Shown piece by piece: positions 23,262 to 36,996 of a stretch of DNA of 64,000 nt. Location: NCBI GenBank assembly GCA_964035575.1, contig OZ037846.1, positions 186,001 through 250,000 on the forward strand. The letters are read 5' to 3'. Numbering within the stretch: the first letter of the stretch is position 1; each line of letters opens with the position of its first letter. Both the position numbers and the translations under genes were made by a program. Source of the stretch: Rhynchopus sp. YZ270_cl-10. Lineage: Eukaryota. The notes beneath the pieces are model-generated. The model searched no databases. It was not told the DNA's origin and saw only the letters and a program-made list of their open reading frames with translations.

Positions 23262-25121
23262 CCACAGCAGGATGCGTGCTTTGTGTTGTGTTGCGTTGTC
23301 TGTTGTCTGTTGGTAGGGGTAGGTTGATGAAGTGAACGATGCTGGGCTCACCTTTTGGTGCCAAAACAACACACAGACAAAGAAGAAACATGCAAGATGA
23401 AGCAACTCAGGGTGGTGTAGGAATACTGCATTAAAAAAGTGAAGAGGGAGGTGGTGAAGATCTGTTTGTTGTTTGCAAACAAAAGCAACCAAAAAAAGGA
23501 GGGCAGAAAACCCTTTTAGGACCGCGCGTACAGGTCTGTGGTCCTGTTTTTTTTTCAGTACCGCGCCACCAAAAATAACAAAGTCTATTAGGTGAGAATG
23601 CCGTAGGTGAACACTGAGTTGGTCCCAACCTGTTTTCCCACCTTTTCCTCCCCCCTTATTTTTTGGCAATACTGGTGTTCCCGAAAGGGCCCATATTGAC
23701 AGGTCCTTGACATGTCCTTGACACAAGGTTTACAGGGGAAAATGACACACCCCCCCCTATATTGACATGTCCCCGACAGCAGATCGGTAACACCAAATCA
23801 GGGGCTCCGCTACCGTATAAAGTTCTGTTGCGGCGCAACAGAAGTCTGAAAAAAAGGGGGGGGGAAAAAAAAAAAAAAAAATCCCATGGTGTTGAACCAC
23901 GGGAGTACCATGGGAACTGGGTTGCTGACCGCACCATCCGGGCTGTACCTCAATTTTTTTTTGCCTGCGGCGCCATTTTTCCTTTTTTGCTCCGCAAAAA
24001 AGGATTCGATGTGTGACTCTGTGCTGAAAAAGCTAGATTTTTACACCGTGCCCTAAATTTTTTTTCGCCTGCGGCGCCATTTGTTTGATTTTTTTTTGCT
24101 CCGCAAAAAAAATACAGTTCCCAATGTCCCTGGTCAGCAGGGCCGAAAAATTTTTGGGCACAAAAACAGCTGACCCCCCAATCTTGAAATCTGAATTCCT
24201 GGATAAGACACTGGCGCAGGGTGAAAAAAAAACCCCCGCAACAGAACTCAAAAAAAATCTGAAAACGTAGCGGAGGGGCTGCACCAAATACTCAATAATA
24301 AAAAAGAGAAAGGCACCCCCGTACGTGCGGTAGTTACACGGATTTGGCCTTTGACCTCACCTCACCCCACCCACCCACCCACCCACCCATATCCCCTTCC
24401 CTTCGCTGCATACAGTTAGTGTAATAACAGGTTATGTGCAAACCACAACCATGCTTATCTGCCTCCCCCATGAACACGTAACCCGTGTTTTGTTGTTAGG
24501 CTTTTAAACAATACAAACAAAATGTGTGTGTGGCATTTTGTTTTCTTAAAGCGCAAACAGCGTCCCCCCCGTACCCCCACTGCTGCGTGAACAAAAAAAA
24601 GAAAAGTTTATAAGATGATCCTAAGCCTCTCTGTGCTTAGTCACCTTATCATATTCGTTATCGCACAGCAAAAATGGAAGAAGAGTTTATAAGATGAACC
24701 TGAGCCGTGCATAGTCACATAAGTTTGTCTTGAAATACAAAATACAACTTCATGAACAGTACCTTTGTATTGATCGGTAGGTGGACACCCCCAACCATGC
24801 AGTCCTACAGAGAAAACTTTGAATTGATTGTTAAGCCTTTCTCTTGGCCACCCTTGAAAAGAAAAGAAGCAAACGTTATAAAGCAAAACCGGTGTTCGGC
24901 ACCTACGGCCTGAAAAACGACTTATTACAAAAGTGAAATGCTGCGGATACAGTCGACCTGACCCACTGTTCCGGAATGTAACCCCAGAACCCAACAACCA
25001 CAGTTCCACTAACGCAAGGGAAAGAACGAAAAATAGACACTTTCCAAAAAACCCCCCTCGACTTCGAGGACCCACCATCACACAACCAACAGACCCCACC
25101 TTTCCACCCCAAGGGTATGCC

Positions 25122-26246
25122 TTAATACCGGAAAGCGCCGCTGTCAGCAAGAAGCCAGACAAGAAGCCCTGCACACACCACCCCTCCCGCCTTCCCCTTC
25201 CACGTGTGCAGGCGTGGAACGGATCCATCGCTGAAGTAGACGTACACCAGCACCAAAGGAACGATAAGCGGCAGCGCGTCGTTCACATCAGTCACAATTC
25301 TCTGTGGGGGGAAAAAATGGGCATTTTTTTGCATTTTTTGCACCCCCCCCAGCGTTCGTCAACCCTAAGAAATTCCCTTCGGGGTAACTGCTTGAAAAAT
25401 TAGATTAGTGTACACACCCAGAACGACTCCACTTTTTCGAGATATACAATACATAAAAAGATCGGGTCTTTTGTTTGTGCTCTCAAAGCCGTTTTGTTTG
25501 CCCTGCAGCGCTGCCTCCAATCTTTTTAGAATTGACAACGAGTTGTTTTATCAAAAAATGAAATCCACCCATTTCCATGCAATAAAACACACAAAAATGG
25601 GGAATCGATACTCTCTCCCCCCTCCCCCATCCCCCCTTTTTTGTCCTCCACCCCCACATACCTGCAGAACTGCCTTCCCTTTCGCGGCGGAGTCCACATC
25701 CGATATTGGGGCTGCAGTGCGTGGCTGCGCTCCCCCTTTCCTCTCATCGACCGTCTCATCATCACACCTGAACCGAAGGTACGACCCGGAACCTCCTGGG
25801 AGACATAGCTGCGTACGTGCGTCACGTTCACCACGTTCTAGGGCGTTGACGATGTCTGCCGCCTTTCGGTCACACTCGGTTTTGGTAGGCGCATCAGCGT
25901 TGAGCCACAACCCATCCTTGCACACCACCGCCATATACTGCAGGGGCCTCAGATAGCTTGCATCCACAAACTCATGCAGCCTCCGCACACCTACCTCATG
26001 GCACATCCCATCTGCCTCGGGCACCACTAGCTCAGCGATCAGCTCCTCGGCAGCGCACTTCCTGCACTCCGGCCGCTCCACCGTGCAGGCACACGATATG
26101 CAGGCACAACCTTTACATCCTTCGTGATGTGGTGCACCAAACATCTCAATCACAGCCTCACCAGAAGTCGATGGGAGCATCATGAGGAGCATCGAGAAGA
26201 GCACCAAAAGGGGGACCGAATACGAGAGTGAGGCATGAGCAGGCAT
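25122..26246 (-). CDS. Cys-rich membrane protein of unknown function, 2 exons
   Basis: Exon 1 26246-25662 (signal peptide, CxxCxCxxCxC cluster) ends CAG|GTATGT; exon 2 25301-25122 after CCCCACAG gives two hydrophobic segments in frame. Confidence 0.7.
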
Positions 26247-26588
26247 GGGTGTGTTGAGTGACCCGTTGTAGGGGGGGTCGGAGGGGGGGTGTCCTGTGTG
26301 TAAAAAAATCTTTTTGGAGAGTGTTTTTTGAATGGATTGAAAACAAAGGAGTTCTAGTTGCTATTGGGGGAAGGGGTTGTGGGCAGTTTATAGAATATGT
26401 GCATTTCCTTTTTTGTGGAAACAAAAAAGGGTAATTTTTCAGATTATTTTCTCCGCCTCACCGTATCACCCTTCCCTACAAACAACAATTTGTTTTTTAG
26501 ATTCATATACTTTCAGTTCACAGAATTGAAAGCATTTGAGAGGGGTCAACACATCCCAAATTACAAAAACTGTTAAAACCCCCTACCT

Positions 26589-29500
26589 TTAACCCCCTTG
26601 CGTTTTGAGGCTTGCCCTATGCCGAGCTTTGGCTTGTTGTGATCGACGTATCATTGACAGCGCTGCAGCCACATTCGCCTGCAGTAATGGGTCCGTACTT
26701 CCTAACAGCTGTACTAGGAACCCCACGAGGCCTGTCTGGATGCACGCTACGTAGCTCAACGGCTGGGTCGTCACCAGCACCTTCACTGTAAGCACTATGT
26801 ACAAATCCGCTTTTGGGTTTCCATCACACAGCTTATCGGCTAGAACCTGCAGGGCACCATCCTCCGCGACCCGCTTCGGCACCGTCTCCGCACACAACCA
26901 CAAACAGTGCGCTGCAGACGCAAGCAACGCTTTGCTCTTATTCTCTTTGCATAGACGCAGGATTATTGGCAAGAGGCCTTGCGTTTCGAGCAATCCCTGT
27001 GCATTTGTAAAGTGACTGACATGGGCTATCACGTCACACAGCGCTACCTGAACCTCATGGTAGTTGTGTGTATCGACCAAAGCATTGATGCTGTCTTCGA
27101 CATCCAAATACCGAACCAACAACTGCAATCGGTCGCCAAGGCATGACAGAAACCCTTCTGTTAGTTTGTCGCAGGGTAGTCCCGCTGTAGCATGGTTCTC
27201 TTCTCCTGGATGGATCAATGCCGCCAAGCAGTGCGCAGCTTCACGCCGTACAGACGGTGAAATACTCTGAAGAGACTGCCACAACACCCCAAGATTCCCT
27301 TTTTGGAGTAAAAATGAGCGGATTTCGAGGTCCGAAGACGCATAACGGAGAGCCTTGCAGAGCGACGCTGCGACAGAAGGGACGTCCGACAAATGGATTT
27401 CCTTCAAAAAAGAAAATGAGTACCGCGATAAAATTGGGTGACGTCTATCCAACCAGGAGACCTGAGCGACGAACAACGCTGCCTTTGACTTAACACTCAC
27501 CAATATCCTGGTAACCTTCGGAGGTGAAGACGACGCCAATGCCGGCGCTTCGAGCGTCACCAGCTTACACATGGTTGTCACCAAATTTTGATCCCCCGCG
27601 AGATACATTCTATACGCACCATCATGAAGCATGATGTTCGCAAGAACCCCAGTCAACCCTGAAAGAAGCATCAATGGATAAACATATCGATCTAAACAAT
27701 CTTCCGACTGCCCTTTCTCCAATAAAAGCCCTCCTAAGCTCGCAAACGAAGAAAGTACCTTAGTATCGGATGTAGGCTGTTTCATCTCTTCGTCCCCCAA
27801 AACCTGTTTTGCAAGGGCTAATTGGACTGCAACGATGTGCTCAAAGGCTGTCCCTGTAATGAGATTCGCAGACCCTTCTGTCCGCGCGCACACTTCTATC
27901 GCAAAGATCACTGCAATATAGGTAAAAAAATTGCACAAAAAAAGCTCCTGGCTTTCCTGTTCCCGCTCGGATCGGACGGGAGGGGTTATATGGCTAGGCA
28001 TCATAGGGGAGCGTGGAGCATGAAAAGCGCCAGCAAAATGCGTTGTTTGGGGTGAATTGCTGCACAAATTTAGGTCTGAACGAGAGAGTGCGGTTTGTGT
28101 ATCTTCCAGCGGTTTGAGAAGGTATTTTACCGCGTTTGCGTCGGCAAGGATCTGCAAAAGGTTTGTGTCATAGGCTCTACTGCACACCACCCCACACAAT
28201 GCCTGCACCTCCCTTGAAGAAGGCTTCGACTTCAAAATTTGAACCAATTGAGTTGCCAGATTTGGCGGAGTTTTTGGCACCTTTCTTCCCCTTTTCCCTT
28301 TAAGCTTTGGTTTCACCGCCAACGCGCGGAGGAGAAGCAGCAGACACACCCGAACCGCCTCTGTCGCAGGAACTTTGTGATAACGTTCTAAAAGCTTGAC
28401 AGCGTGCGCTTCAATGTCTCCTTGTCGCTGCGCGGTTTTTGCCCTTGCAACGGTCATCGCTAAGGAGGCAAGACAAAACCCGACCACCGTGACAAACTCT
28501 TTGTGTCCACATTGCGCTTCCTCCCCTTGTTTAATGGTAGGGGACGTGGCGACTTCTGTCGCAAGCTTTGCCAAATGCCCGCTTTTTAGTGCCTTTTTAA
28601 ATTTATCTTTCGACGGTTTTCGAGGAGGTGCTGGGTTCTCTGTCGAAACAAACGCGGTAATCAACTTTGGGATAACATCGGACGACATTATCTTTGCAGC
28701 CGCAACATTTTGGAGACAAACGAGCAGCGCACGCCCAGCACAGACCTTCAACCGAGTATCCGCTTTGCGGGACACAATATTCGCCAGGGAGGCGAAACCG
28801 TTGTTACGAAACAACGCAGCTTGGTTGGCAGGTATGGACAGATCTGCCTCAAGCATACAGCGCAACGCGAACAACGTTCTTGCTGGACGAACATGAGGCT
28901 GGAGGAATAATACCCATTGCGGCGCTAAGGTGGAGTCCGCCTTCTTCAACGAAGACGGCGCAATGCCAGGAATGAATTGAAGGGACTCTATAACAGCTTC
29001 GTCCTCCAATGGAAGCATGCTTGCGTTTGCGTGGGTAGTTTCCTGCAGAAGGCCGTGTGCCATCAGATCGGACACCACAAAGTGAGAGAATAGATCGTCA
29101 GAAACAAATGCATTGTAATTCCGTACAGATGTCGGCAGCCTGCGGAGCACCCCGGACACCGTTTCTCTATAATCTGAGTCGTCGGAGGAGGAGCCGTACT
29201 CAGGGGTAGGTTTCTTTGCTTCTGTTGGGTTTGTCTCTTTCTCTGGTGACATGAATGTTTGTAGTGCCTTGGTGACGTGCATGACTTCGGTCGTTTTCTG
29301 TATGAATCTCCTCTCTGGGCCATAGTCAAGAATGCTCACCCCACCCGACAAATCCTCCCCTTCACTCGACCCCGAGGAAATGTCGTCGTCCTTGCAAACC
29401 GCAGTGGCTTGGTATTTCTTTAGTGACATAACCACCTCCTTCTTCCTCCGTTCTCTCTCGGTAAACGCTTCTTTGAGCTGTTGAGGTACCGATTTGTTCT

Positions 29501-32500
29501 TCTTCCGGTATCGTAAATTCCGCATGCTCGGAACAGTGGGAACACTTGGCATTCTGCTTTTCCTTCGCACCCCTTTTCCGACGGTGAACGGTTTTGTTGG
29601 TGCAAAGGGTTGAGTTGTTGGAGATTCCACCTCCCGTTTTTTTTCTACCTTCGCTGCGTATCCGGCTATGTCGAATTTCCGAAATGCCTCGGAGTGTTCC
29701 CCAAGGAGCACCGCTAGGGAACAGTAATATGCAGAAGATTTAATGCCAAGCTCATTGCCACTGTCCTTACCCAACACCGATGCAGGAGGAGGTGCCGAGG
29801 TTATCCCACGGTGTGGCATATTGTTGGTACACGAGAGCAGCGCCCAGCCGAGGTTTGTTGCTTTAGCTTTTATGATACCATCTTCAAGGGTGCAGTGCAC
29901 CAGCAGCAGTTCACCGGACACCACCCTCCAGGGGACTAAATCTACCTCGCGTACCAAAGAGTGTAGAGGTGAAGTGTCAACATCGACGAAGGTTTCGAGT
30001 ACTGCGATTTCGCGTTCGGCGGTGGGGAGGGTGAGGGCACCGCGGAGGGCTTGTTGCGCGAGGCAGATGCTTGTGAGAAGGGTGCTTTCGACCTTTTGCC
30101 ATACCATAGTGAAGACGAGGCGTTGGACAGCAGAGAGTTTGTCGACACTGATTTTGGTGGCAGCGCTGGTGAAGGTGCGTTTAATGCCGATTGGCACTGC
30201 AGGGCCAGAGCGGACCATAAGCGTGTTGGTGGATGAGACGCCAACCTGGTGGAACATTAGCTGGTTGAATTTGCTGTGACGCGGCTCGAATTGACGGAAG
30301 TCGTCGTCATCAGAGTCTTCATTGCAGGTCTTTTCCCATTCATTGTGGTCGTGCACCGCCTTATCCGCGTTTCTCTGTCTCCTCCGGTGTTCTGTTGTTG
30401 CCGAGCATTCTGCGTCTGGCATATTAGCGGTTTCCCAGGTTTGTCTCCTTTGGCTTTGTTCGTTTCGGCTGAGATAGCTTGATAACGAAGGCTTTCCTAG
30501 AGCCTCGCTGAGAAGCCCCTTAGGCGCCCCTTCTGCATGACGCTGCCATTTTGCAAGCTCTGTTGCACGCTCTGCTTCGCTTACGTCTTCGAATTCTTCG
30601 CGTTGGTTTTGCGTTAGCAGAGCGGAGGCAATTTCGGATGGAGCAAGCGCACGAAGGTCTCCGGTCACATCCATCATTGCGGGAGGGGTTTTCCTGCGGT
30701 CTCGATATGAAGGAGGTGCAGGCTGTTGCATCTCCGATTTGTCTGAGCGAGAGTGTTCTGATTCATGCTCTTCACTATCTTCCAATTCTGGCGGTGCTTC
30801 GGCAGAGATAGGCACGTCAACCTCAAAAGGTTGGCGAAACCCATTCTCTGGAGTAGGCGGAGAGGACTGCAACCCAAAGCTCCGATTCGACTCCGAATCC
30901 CCCCCTTCCACAAACGTAGTGTGCTTTTCCCTCCCACGGGTAGAAGTTTCCTTGAGGTCCGACCGCTTCCTTTGGCGCACCGCCTGACTCTTTCGCGCCT
31001 CCAGCGAATGTTTGACGGACGGATTATTCACTCCCTCCGCCTGCATACTGTTCGGATCGACCAGAACCGTATTAAGTTGTTGCAATGCGATTGCAGTCAG
31101 GGTGTTTATCGGATCCTCCACCGTTTCCTCTTCGTGAGAGTCATCAAGATTTAACCTTGCTGCGGAAACTCGTTTTCTTAACAACGCGGATTTCGCTGTA
31201 TCTGAGGTTGTCACTTGATGCGCTTCTACAGGCCGTCCTATCACCGCCTTCTGCCACGCCTTCGCAATCGCAGAATCAACAGACATCCCCTCCCCTCTCT
31301 GTGTCGCTCCACTATTCACCAAACTCTCGACCACCCTCGAAACCTCTTTGATCAACAGATCATGCAATGCTTGCACACCCACAAAGGGAAAGCTCATGTG
31401 GTCTTTATCCATGAAGAGATAGGCCCTGCTGAGGCTGTGTCGTACAGCTTGGATGGCTTCGATGGAATTGACGGGGGCAGTAAGGGATGGGGTCAGCATC
31501 ATCTCCGGATGTCCTAGGGAGATGACGAAGGCGACGTGGTGGATGGCGTGCTGCAGGGTCCAGGCAGTGACCGCGTAGTTGTCGCCCGCGTCGTCTGCGA
31601 GGGTGTAGGCGGCGGTGGTTTCTGGTTTGGAAAACCCGCTGATGCTCGCAGGCTCGCCCGAGACACGTGTACTATCATCGGGCCTGACGTACACCTTCTC
31701 CACACTGCTCATGGCAACGGCAGAGTCGCTCAGTTTATATAACATCCAAAAGGAGTCCGGCAGGCGGGACCATAAAGTGAGAACAGCGTCGGTGCTTTCT
31801 AGGCCTGCGATGCTGCCGCGTTTGGCGTGTCTGCGGAAGGGGGTTTGATTAAAAGTTTGTAAAACGAAAAATTGGTTCCTCTCTTGCTTTGGCTTTTGTT
31901 TTTTTTGCTGAAAACATTTTAGTTTGATGTTAAAGGACAAGCAAGATTGCTTTAAACATTGTGGAAGGGGGGTGCGAGGGAGGGGTGGGATAGCGACTCT
32001 TGGATAAAGATTGTATCGTGTGCAGACGTTCTCAAAAATATATCCGTTTCGCTTGCTCAGATCTCGACCGTTTTTGTTGCATTGCACACTTCCACAGTAT
32101 CGTATGCAGACGTTCTCACAAAAAAAAATCGCCTTTAAATATTATAAATCAACTCTCCCCCTTTGCATACCTTTCGCGTCTGTGGACATGGCATTTCGAT
32201 GTGTTAGCCTCGATGTATTCACTCTTATCTATGGCTAGCTCTTCGGAACGACGTTGCTGGATCATGAGCGCGTGGAGGCGTGTCTGAGAGTGCACACCTC
32301 CCGCTAGGCCGGACACATCGACGGTTGAGACGAATCTGAGCGGTGTACGGAAGGGTGTAGTCAAGAGCATCGCCGTCTCCGTCTTGCCGTCGTTGTTGTC
32401 CGGAAACGAAAGGTCCTGTTGTTGGTACCAGTCTGCGTACATGACGGAAAGCTCGAAGTACAGTGAGTACAGTGCTTCCGCATTGCGCTGTGTCTGCGGT

Positions 32501-32559
32501 AATGCCCACCCTGTTTCCGAGGACTCCCAGTCCAGCTGTGTTGACAGATACAGCCCCAT
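26589..32559 (-). CDS. Large protein with C-terminal armadillo/HEAT-like repeats, 2 exons
   Basis: Exon 1 32559-32171 (AG|GTATGC), exon 2 31830-26589 (CCGCAG|A) in phase; ARM-like repeats such as GLVGFLVQLLGSTDPLLQANVAAALSMI. Confidence 0.78.
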
Positions 32560-32673
32560 AACGCAAGCTGTTATCTCAGGTACATTGTTTAGAAAAAAGG
32601 AGAGATTTTTGTGCTGCTATAATTTGGGGAGGAGAAAAAAACAAAAACAAAAAACATCAATTTCATGTACTTT

Positions 32674-32789
32674 TAGGCTGATTGACGCGCTGGGATTGGG
32701 TGGTGGTAATCCATGGTGATCGGTGGTGATCGGTTTAAATCGGTGGTAAAAAGTGAAAAATGGGGCATGCCAGGCCGTCAATCAGCCTA
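32674..32789. mobile_element. Small MITE with 5-bp TSD
   Basis: TAGGCTGATTGACG ... CGTCAATCAGCCTA; ACTTT on both sides. Confidence 0.65.
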
Positions 32790-33525
32790 ACTTTCCATTA
32801 AGAAAAGCGCACAAAAAAAGTTGACTTGAACTCCAACAGCCCTCTCGTGAACAGTGTGTGCCTTGGTGGCATGACCCCTAACCGTGCAGTCCTACGTTCA
32901 TTTCGTGGTTTACATCTGATATACAAACGGTTTATGAGATGAACCTAAGCCTGTGATAGTCACTTTGAGAACTTTGAAAATTATTATGAAATACGCCCTT
33001 GATGGTCTATCAAAAAAAAAAAAAATTGCTCCGTTTTTTTCAAGAAACAAGGGGAAAAGGGGGGAAAAAAGTAAACGAGAAAAATAGTAAGATTCATACG
33101 CCTCGCGTGCATACGTATCTTAAAAAAAGGGGGAAAAACCCCCCTCTGCTTCTGGGAGAAATATAGGATAGCGAGAGAGAAGCACTGCTGAGGGTTTTTT
33201 GTTGACCTATGGCTGATGAAGGGGGGCTAACAGCGATGAACGTTAGGGAGTTTTGTTGTTGTCCATTTGACCCGGCTTTACAATCCATTTTCTTTTTTTT
33301 TTTCCCCATATTTTTTACTTCCCATCTTATGGATTAAAGAAATGAACCCCCGCAATGAAAAACAACCTTTTAGGGTTGGACAAACTCCCTTTTGACAATT
33401 CTGATTTTTGATAAATTTAAATAAAGAAAAACTGATAAAAAAACCTGGGTTAGTACCACAAAAAAAAAAAACGTGGCTTTTTTTGACAATAAAACACAAA
33501 TACCCAAACCCCTTTTCAATTATTT

Positions 33526-35816
33526 TTACCATCTTCCTCCTCCTCCCCAGCCTCCACCGCCGCCGCCTTGCTTGCCCTTGAACCAACCCTTCTTTGCGTC
33601 TTTCCATTGGTTCTCGCCACGCGACTTGCGGCCAAGAGGCGGGAGCCACTCTGGGATTTCGGTTCCGCTGTTCTTAAGGAGCTCGAGAAGGTCGTCGGCG
33701 TGTTTGCGCTCGACCCCCCATTGGTCGAAGAAGGTGATGGCTTTACCCGTGCGGCCGGCACGTCCAGTTCTCCCGACACGGTGAACCCAGATGTCACACC
33801 CCGATGAAGGGAAGTCGTAGTTGATCACCATCCCGACACCGTCAATGTCAAGACCACGTGCCGCAACGTCGGTTGCAACAATGATGCGCACCTTGCCGTC
33901 CTTGAACTCCTTCAGGGCCCACATCCGCGAGGCCTGGTCCATGTCACCATGGATCGCGAGCGCCTTCATCCCCCCACGCTTGCAGCTCCGTGCCAACCCG
34001 TCGCAGGCGTGCTTCCTGTTGCAGAAGACAAGGATGCTCTCCTTAGTGTCCTCAAGCTTGGCAAGCTCCTTCACAAGGGCAGCCTCCTTCTCGTGTTCGG
34101 GGACGAGCATGAAGGTCTGGGCAATAGAGGAGTTCGCCTTGAGGCCGTCTCCGCCGACCTGTTTGGGATGTATTTTGTTTTTTGAAAAAATTTACAAAAA
34201 AAAAAAAAAAATGAAGAAAGTGTGGAGGAATCCGGACCATCTCAAATAAAAGTTTCGTCTTGAAATACAACAGCCGACACTCGAGTGTCGAGTGGCCCAT
34301 TTTTTTCATTTTCGAGTACTCGTTACTCGTCGAGTACTTTGTACAACCATGCTCTTTGATAGCAATCATCGTAACATACCTGAATGTGGAGCGGGTTCTT
34401 CAGGAATTTGTACGCAATTCTTTGGATCGCCTTGGGCCATGTTGCTGTGAACATAAGGGTCTGGTGCACCTCTGGGAGCTTGCCCATGAGCGCTGTGATG
34501 ACGGGCTCGAAGCCCATGTCAAGCATCTGGTCCGCTTCGTCGAGGACTGCGTACTGGACGCTGTTGAGGTTGGTCACTGGGGGGTTGTCGAGCTCGAGCA
34601 GGTCGGAGAGACGGCCTGGGGTTGCGATCACAATGTGGGAGCCACGACGGAGCTCGCGGATCTGCTTGCCGGAGGGCAGCCCACCGAACACATTTGTCGA
34701 CACAATGCGGGAGGCGTTGCCGAACTTCACGCTCTCGTCGTTGATCTGCACCGCCAGCTCTCTCGTCGGTGCGATGACCAAAGCAAGAGGAGGCTGGCCG
34801 TGCATGATGCGCGGCTGTCTCGGGTCTGTGGGCATGCTCTTCAGGATCAGGCGGAATGCAGGGATCAGAAACCCCAGGGTCTTCCCCGACCCGGTCTTGG
34901 CAATCGCGATCAGGTCGCGTCCGGAGAAGGCAGCAGGCCAGCAGACAGATTGGATGATGGAAGGGGCCTTGAAGCCGGCCTTCTCGAAGGAGCGCTGCAT
35001 GGGTCTGTGGTAGGGGATGTGGAGGGGGTGGGGTGGAGGGGGTCAAAAAGCTTACACGACGGACTTTCCATGTCGGACTGACTAGTCGGGGGTATTACAA
35101 AGTGGAACTTCCTTTCTTTCTTTTGAAATTTCTTTTTTTAGTCGTAACGTTGCGAACTCTACTGATATCGTAAAACTAGTCGTCAAATATTGGTCATTTG
35201 GACCAGTAGAACTACTAGTAGTCCTCCTCTAGTCGGTCGTGGAGAATGGATTCCGGTGGAAGAATTATTCAAAAAAGGCAGATCATAAATGACTGGTGTA
35301 AAAAAAGTGTGGTGATTGTGTGAAGTTCTGGCAATGCGGAATATTTCCCATTTTTTGTGGTGTGTTGTGTCTTCCTTGAACATATTGTTTTCTTTCACAA
35401 AAAAACCCATACTTGTTAATGTAGCTCTCAATGTCAGCGAAGGACTGGTAGGGCCGCTCGACATCACCGTCCCAGAACTTAATGTCGTGCTTCTCGTAGT
35501 ACTGCTCGCGGGTGAGGACGCCGTTCTCCTCTGCCTTTGCCTCCTCAACCTTCTCCTCCTTCTCTGCAGGCACAACGGCGTCACCAGAGTTGGTCTTAGC
35601 CTTCTTCGACGGTTGTGCGTCGGTGTCCTTCTCCTTCTTCTCCTTCTTGCTCTTCTTGGTCTTGGTCTTCTTCGGGGAGTCGGTGGGGAGCGTGGCGAGC
35701 TCGGCATCGCGCTTGCGCTTCTTGCTCACCTTCTTGTCAGCCTTCTCAGCTTTGACAGGTGCTGTTGCAGGCGACATGACAGGGGACGCCTTCGTGTCAA
35801 CATTAGAGTTGCACAT
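33526..35816 (-). CDS. DEAD-box RNA helicase, DBP3-like (DDX5/DBP2 clade), 3 exons
   Basis: Exons 35816-35413, 35004-34380, 34158-33526 (GT-AG, in phase); AKTGSGKT, PTRELA, TPGRL, DEAD, FTATWP, ARGLD, HRVGRTGRAG; Lys-rich N-terminus. Confidence 0.9.
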
Positions 35817-36534
35817 CTTTGAGTTTGTGTAAAATGATTCAATCTGTGAGAGGGGGTTGAAAAAAAGGGGGAATTTTTTGAATAAAACAAAACGAGAAAC
35901 GTTGAGAACATCTGAAAACAGCGAACAGTTTGATGCAATGTTGGCGACAAAAAAAAAGGTCGCCAATATTGCAAGAAAAACCCTCAAAAATCCGCCAATA
36001 TTATTCCGTCAAGGTTCTTGTCCAATTGTATACGGATGTGATCACAGTTTCACGAAAGATAGGGTGTAACTCTGTGTCATCCCGCCGCCGTCGGGAAGGA
36101 GATCAGTGAAGTGGGCAGGGTCATTACGTTTAGGGTAGGGAGAGGCAGGAGAGAGGGATCGTATTACTTTATTTTTTGAGTTTTTTTTGTTTAAAGTGGC
36201 ACCAAAACCTGTCGTATCTCAACCTTTTTATTGCATGCTGCAGAATTTCTTTTTTTTTTTTGTCGTTTTTCTTTAATTTTTTCTGGCGTAATAGAAGTTA
36301 ACCAAAGAAAGGGAAAACACCTCACCTTTCGTTTTAACTGGCATTTGGTTGCACAAAAATCAACCTCGGCTTTTTTTTGAAAACCTGGTTGTATTAGTGA
36401 AGCCACCCTAGAGTGTGCTCCACTATTATTTATTTATGTGGAGCGTTTTAGGGTCTGTGGGATGACGCCCGATGACGGCTGATGACGCCCGATGACGGCC
36501 GATGACCGCACGATTACGTTTTTCTTTTTTTGGG

Positions 36535-36806
36535 TACTGTGTATACTGTGTATACTGTGTATACTGTGTATACTGTGTATACTGTGTATACTGTGTATAC
36601 TGTGTATACTGTGTATACTGTGTATACTGTGTATACTGTGTATACTGTGTATACTGTGTATACTGTGTATACTGTGTATACTGTGTATACTGTGTATACT
36701 GTGTATACTGTGTATACTGTGTATACTGTGTATACTGTGTATACTGTGTATACTGTGTATACTGTGTATACTGTGTATACTGTGTATACTGTGTATACTG
36801 TGTATA
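36535..36806. repeat. (TACTGTGTA)n satellite, left part (30 units)
   Basis: Direct reading; ends ...GTATA at the retroelement boundary. Confidence 0.98.
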
Positions 36807-36996
36807 TTGGGGTTTACCGAGGGAATAGCAAAGCCGAAACTAAAACGTGTAACCCCCCAAAACCCCCCTTGCTTTTTGGGGTTGTTGTTCAACGGGAAAC
36901 CTCCTCGCCAACCACGTACCATCACTGAATTAGGTTCGGGTGGTTTTCCCTTTCAGCTTTTTGTGTCGTAAAAGCTTTTGTATTTTTTATTTAAAA

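Noticed and set aside
23262..23726. N-terminal extension of the mucin-like ORF (also 31831-32087 and 7149-7223 extensions)
   Set aside because: Non-ATG or intronic/low-complexity sequence upstream of better-supported starts or acceptors
23673..23795. Fourth TGG...CCA element (TGGTGTTCCCGA / TCGGTAACACCA)
   Set aside because: Flanks AATAC and AATCA are not a perfect TSD, so it was not counted
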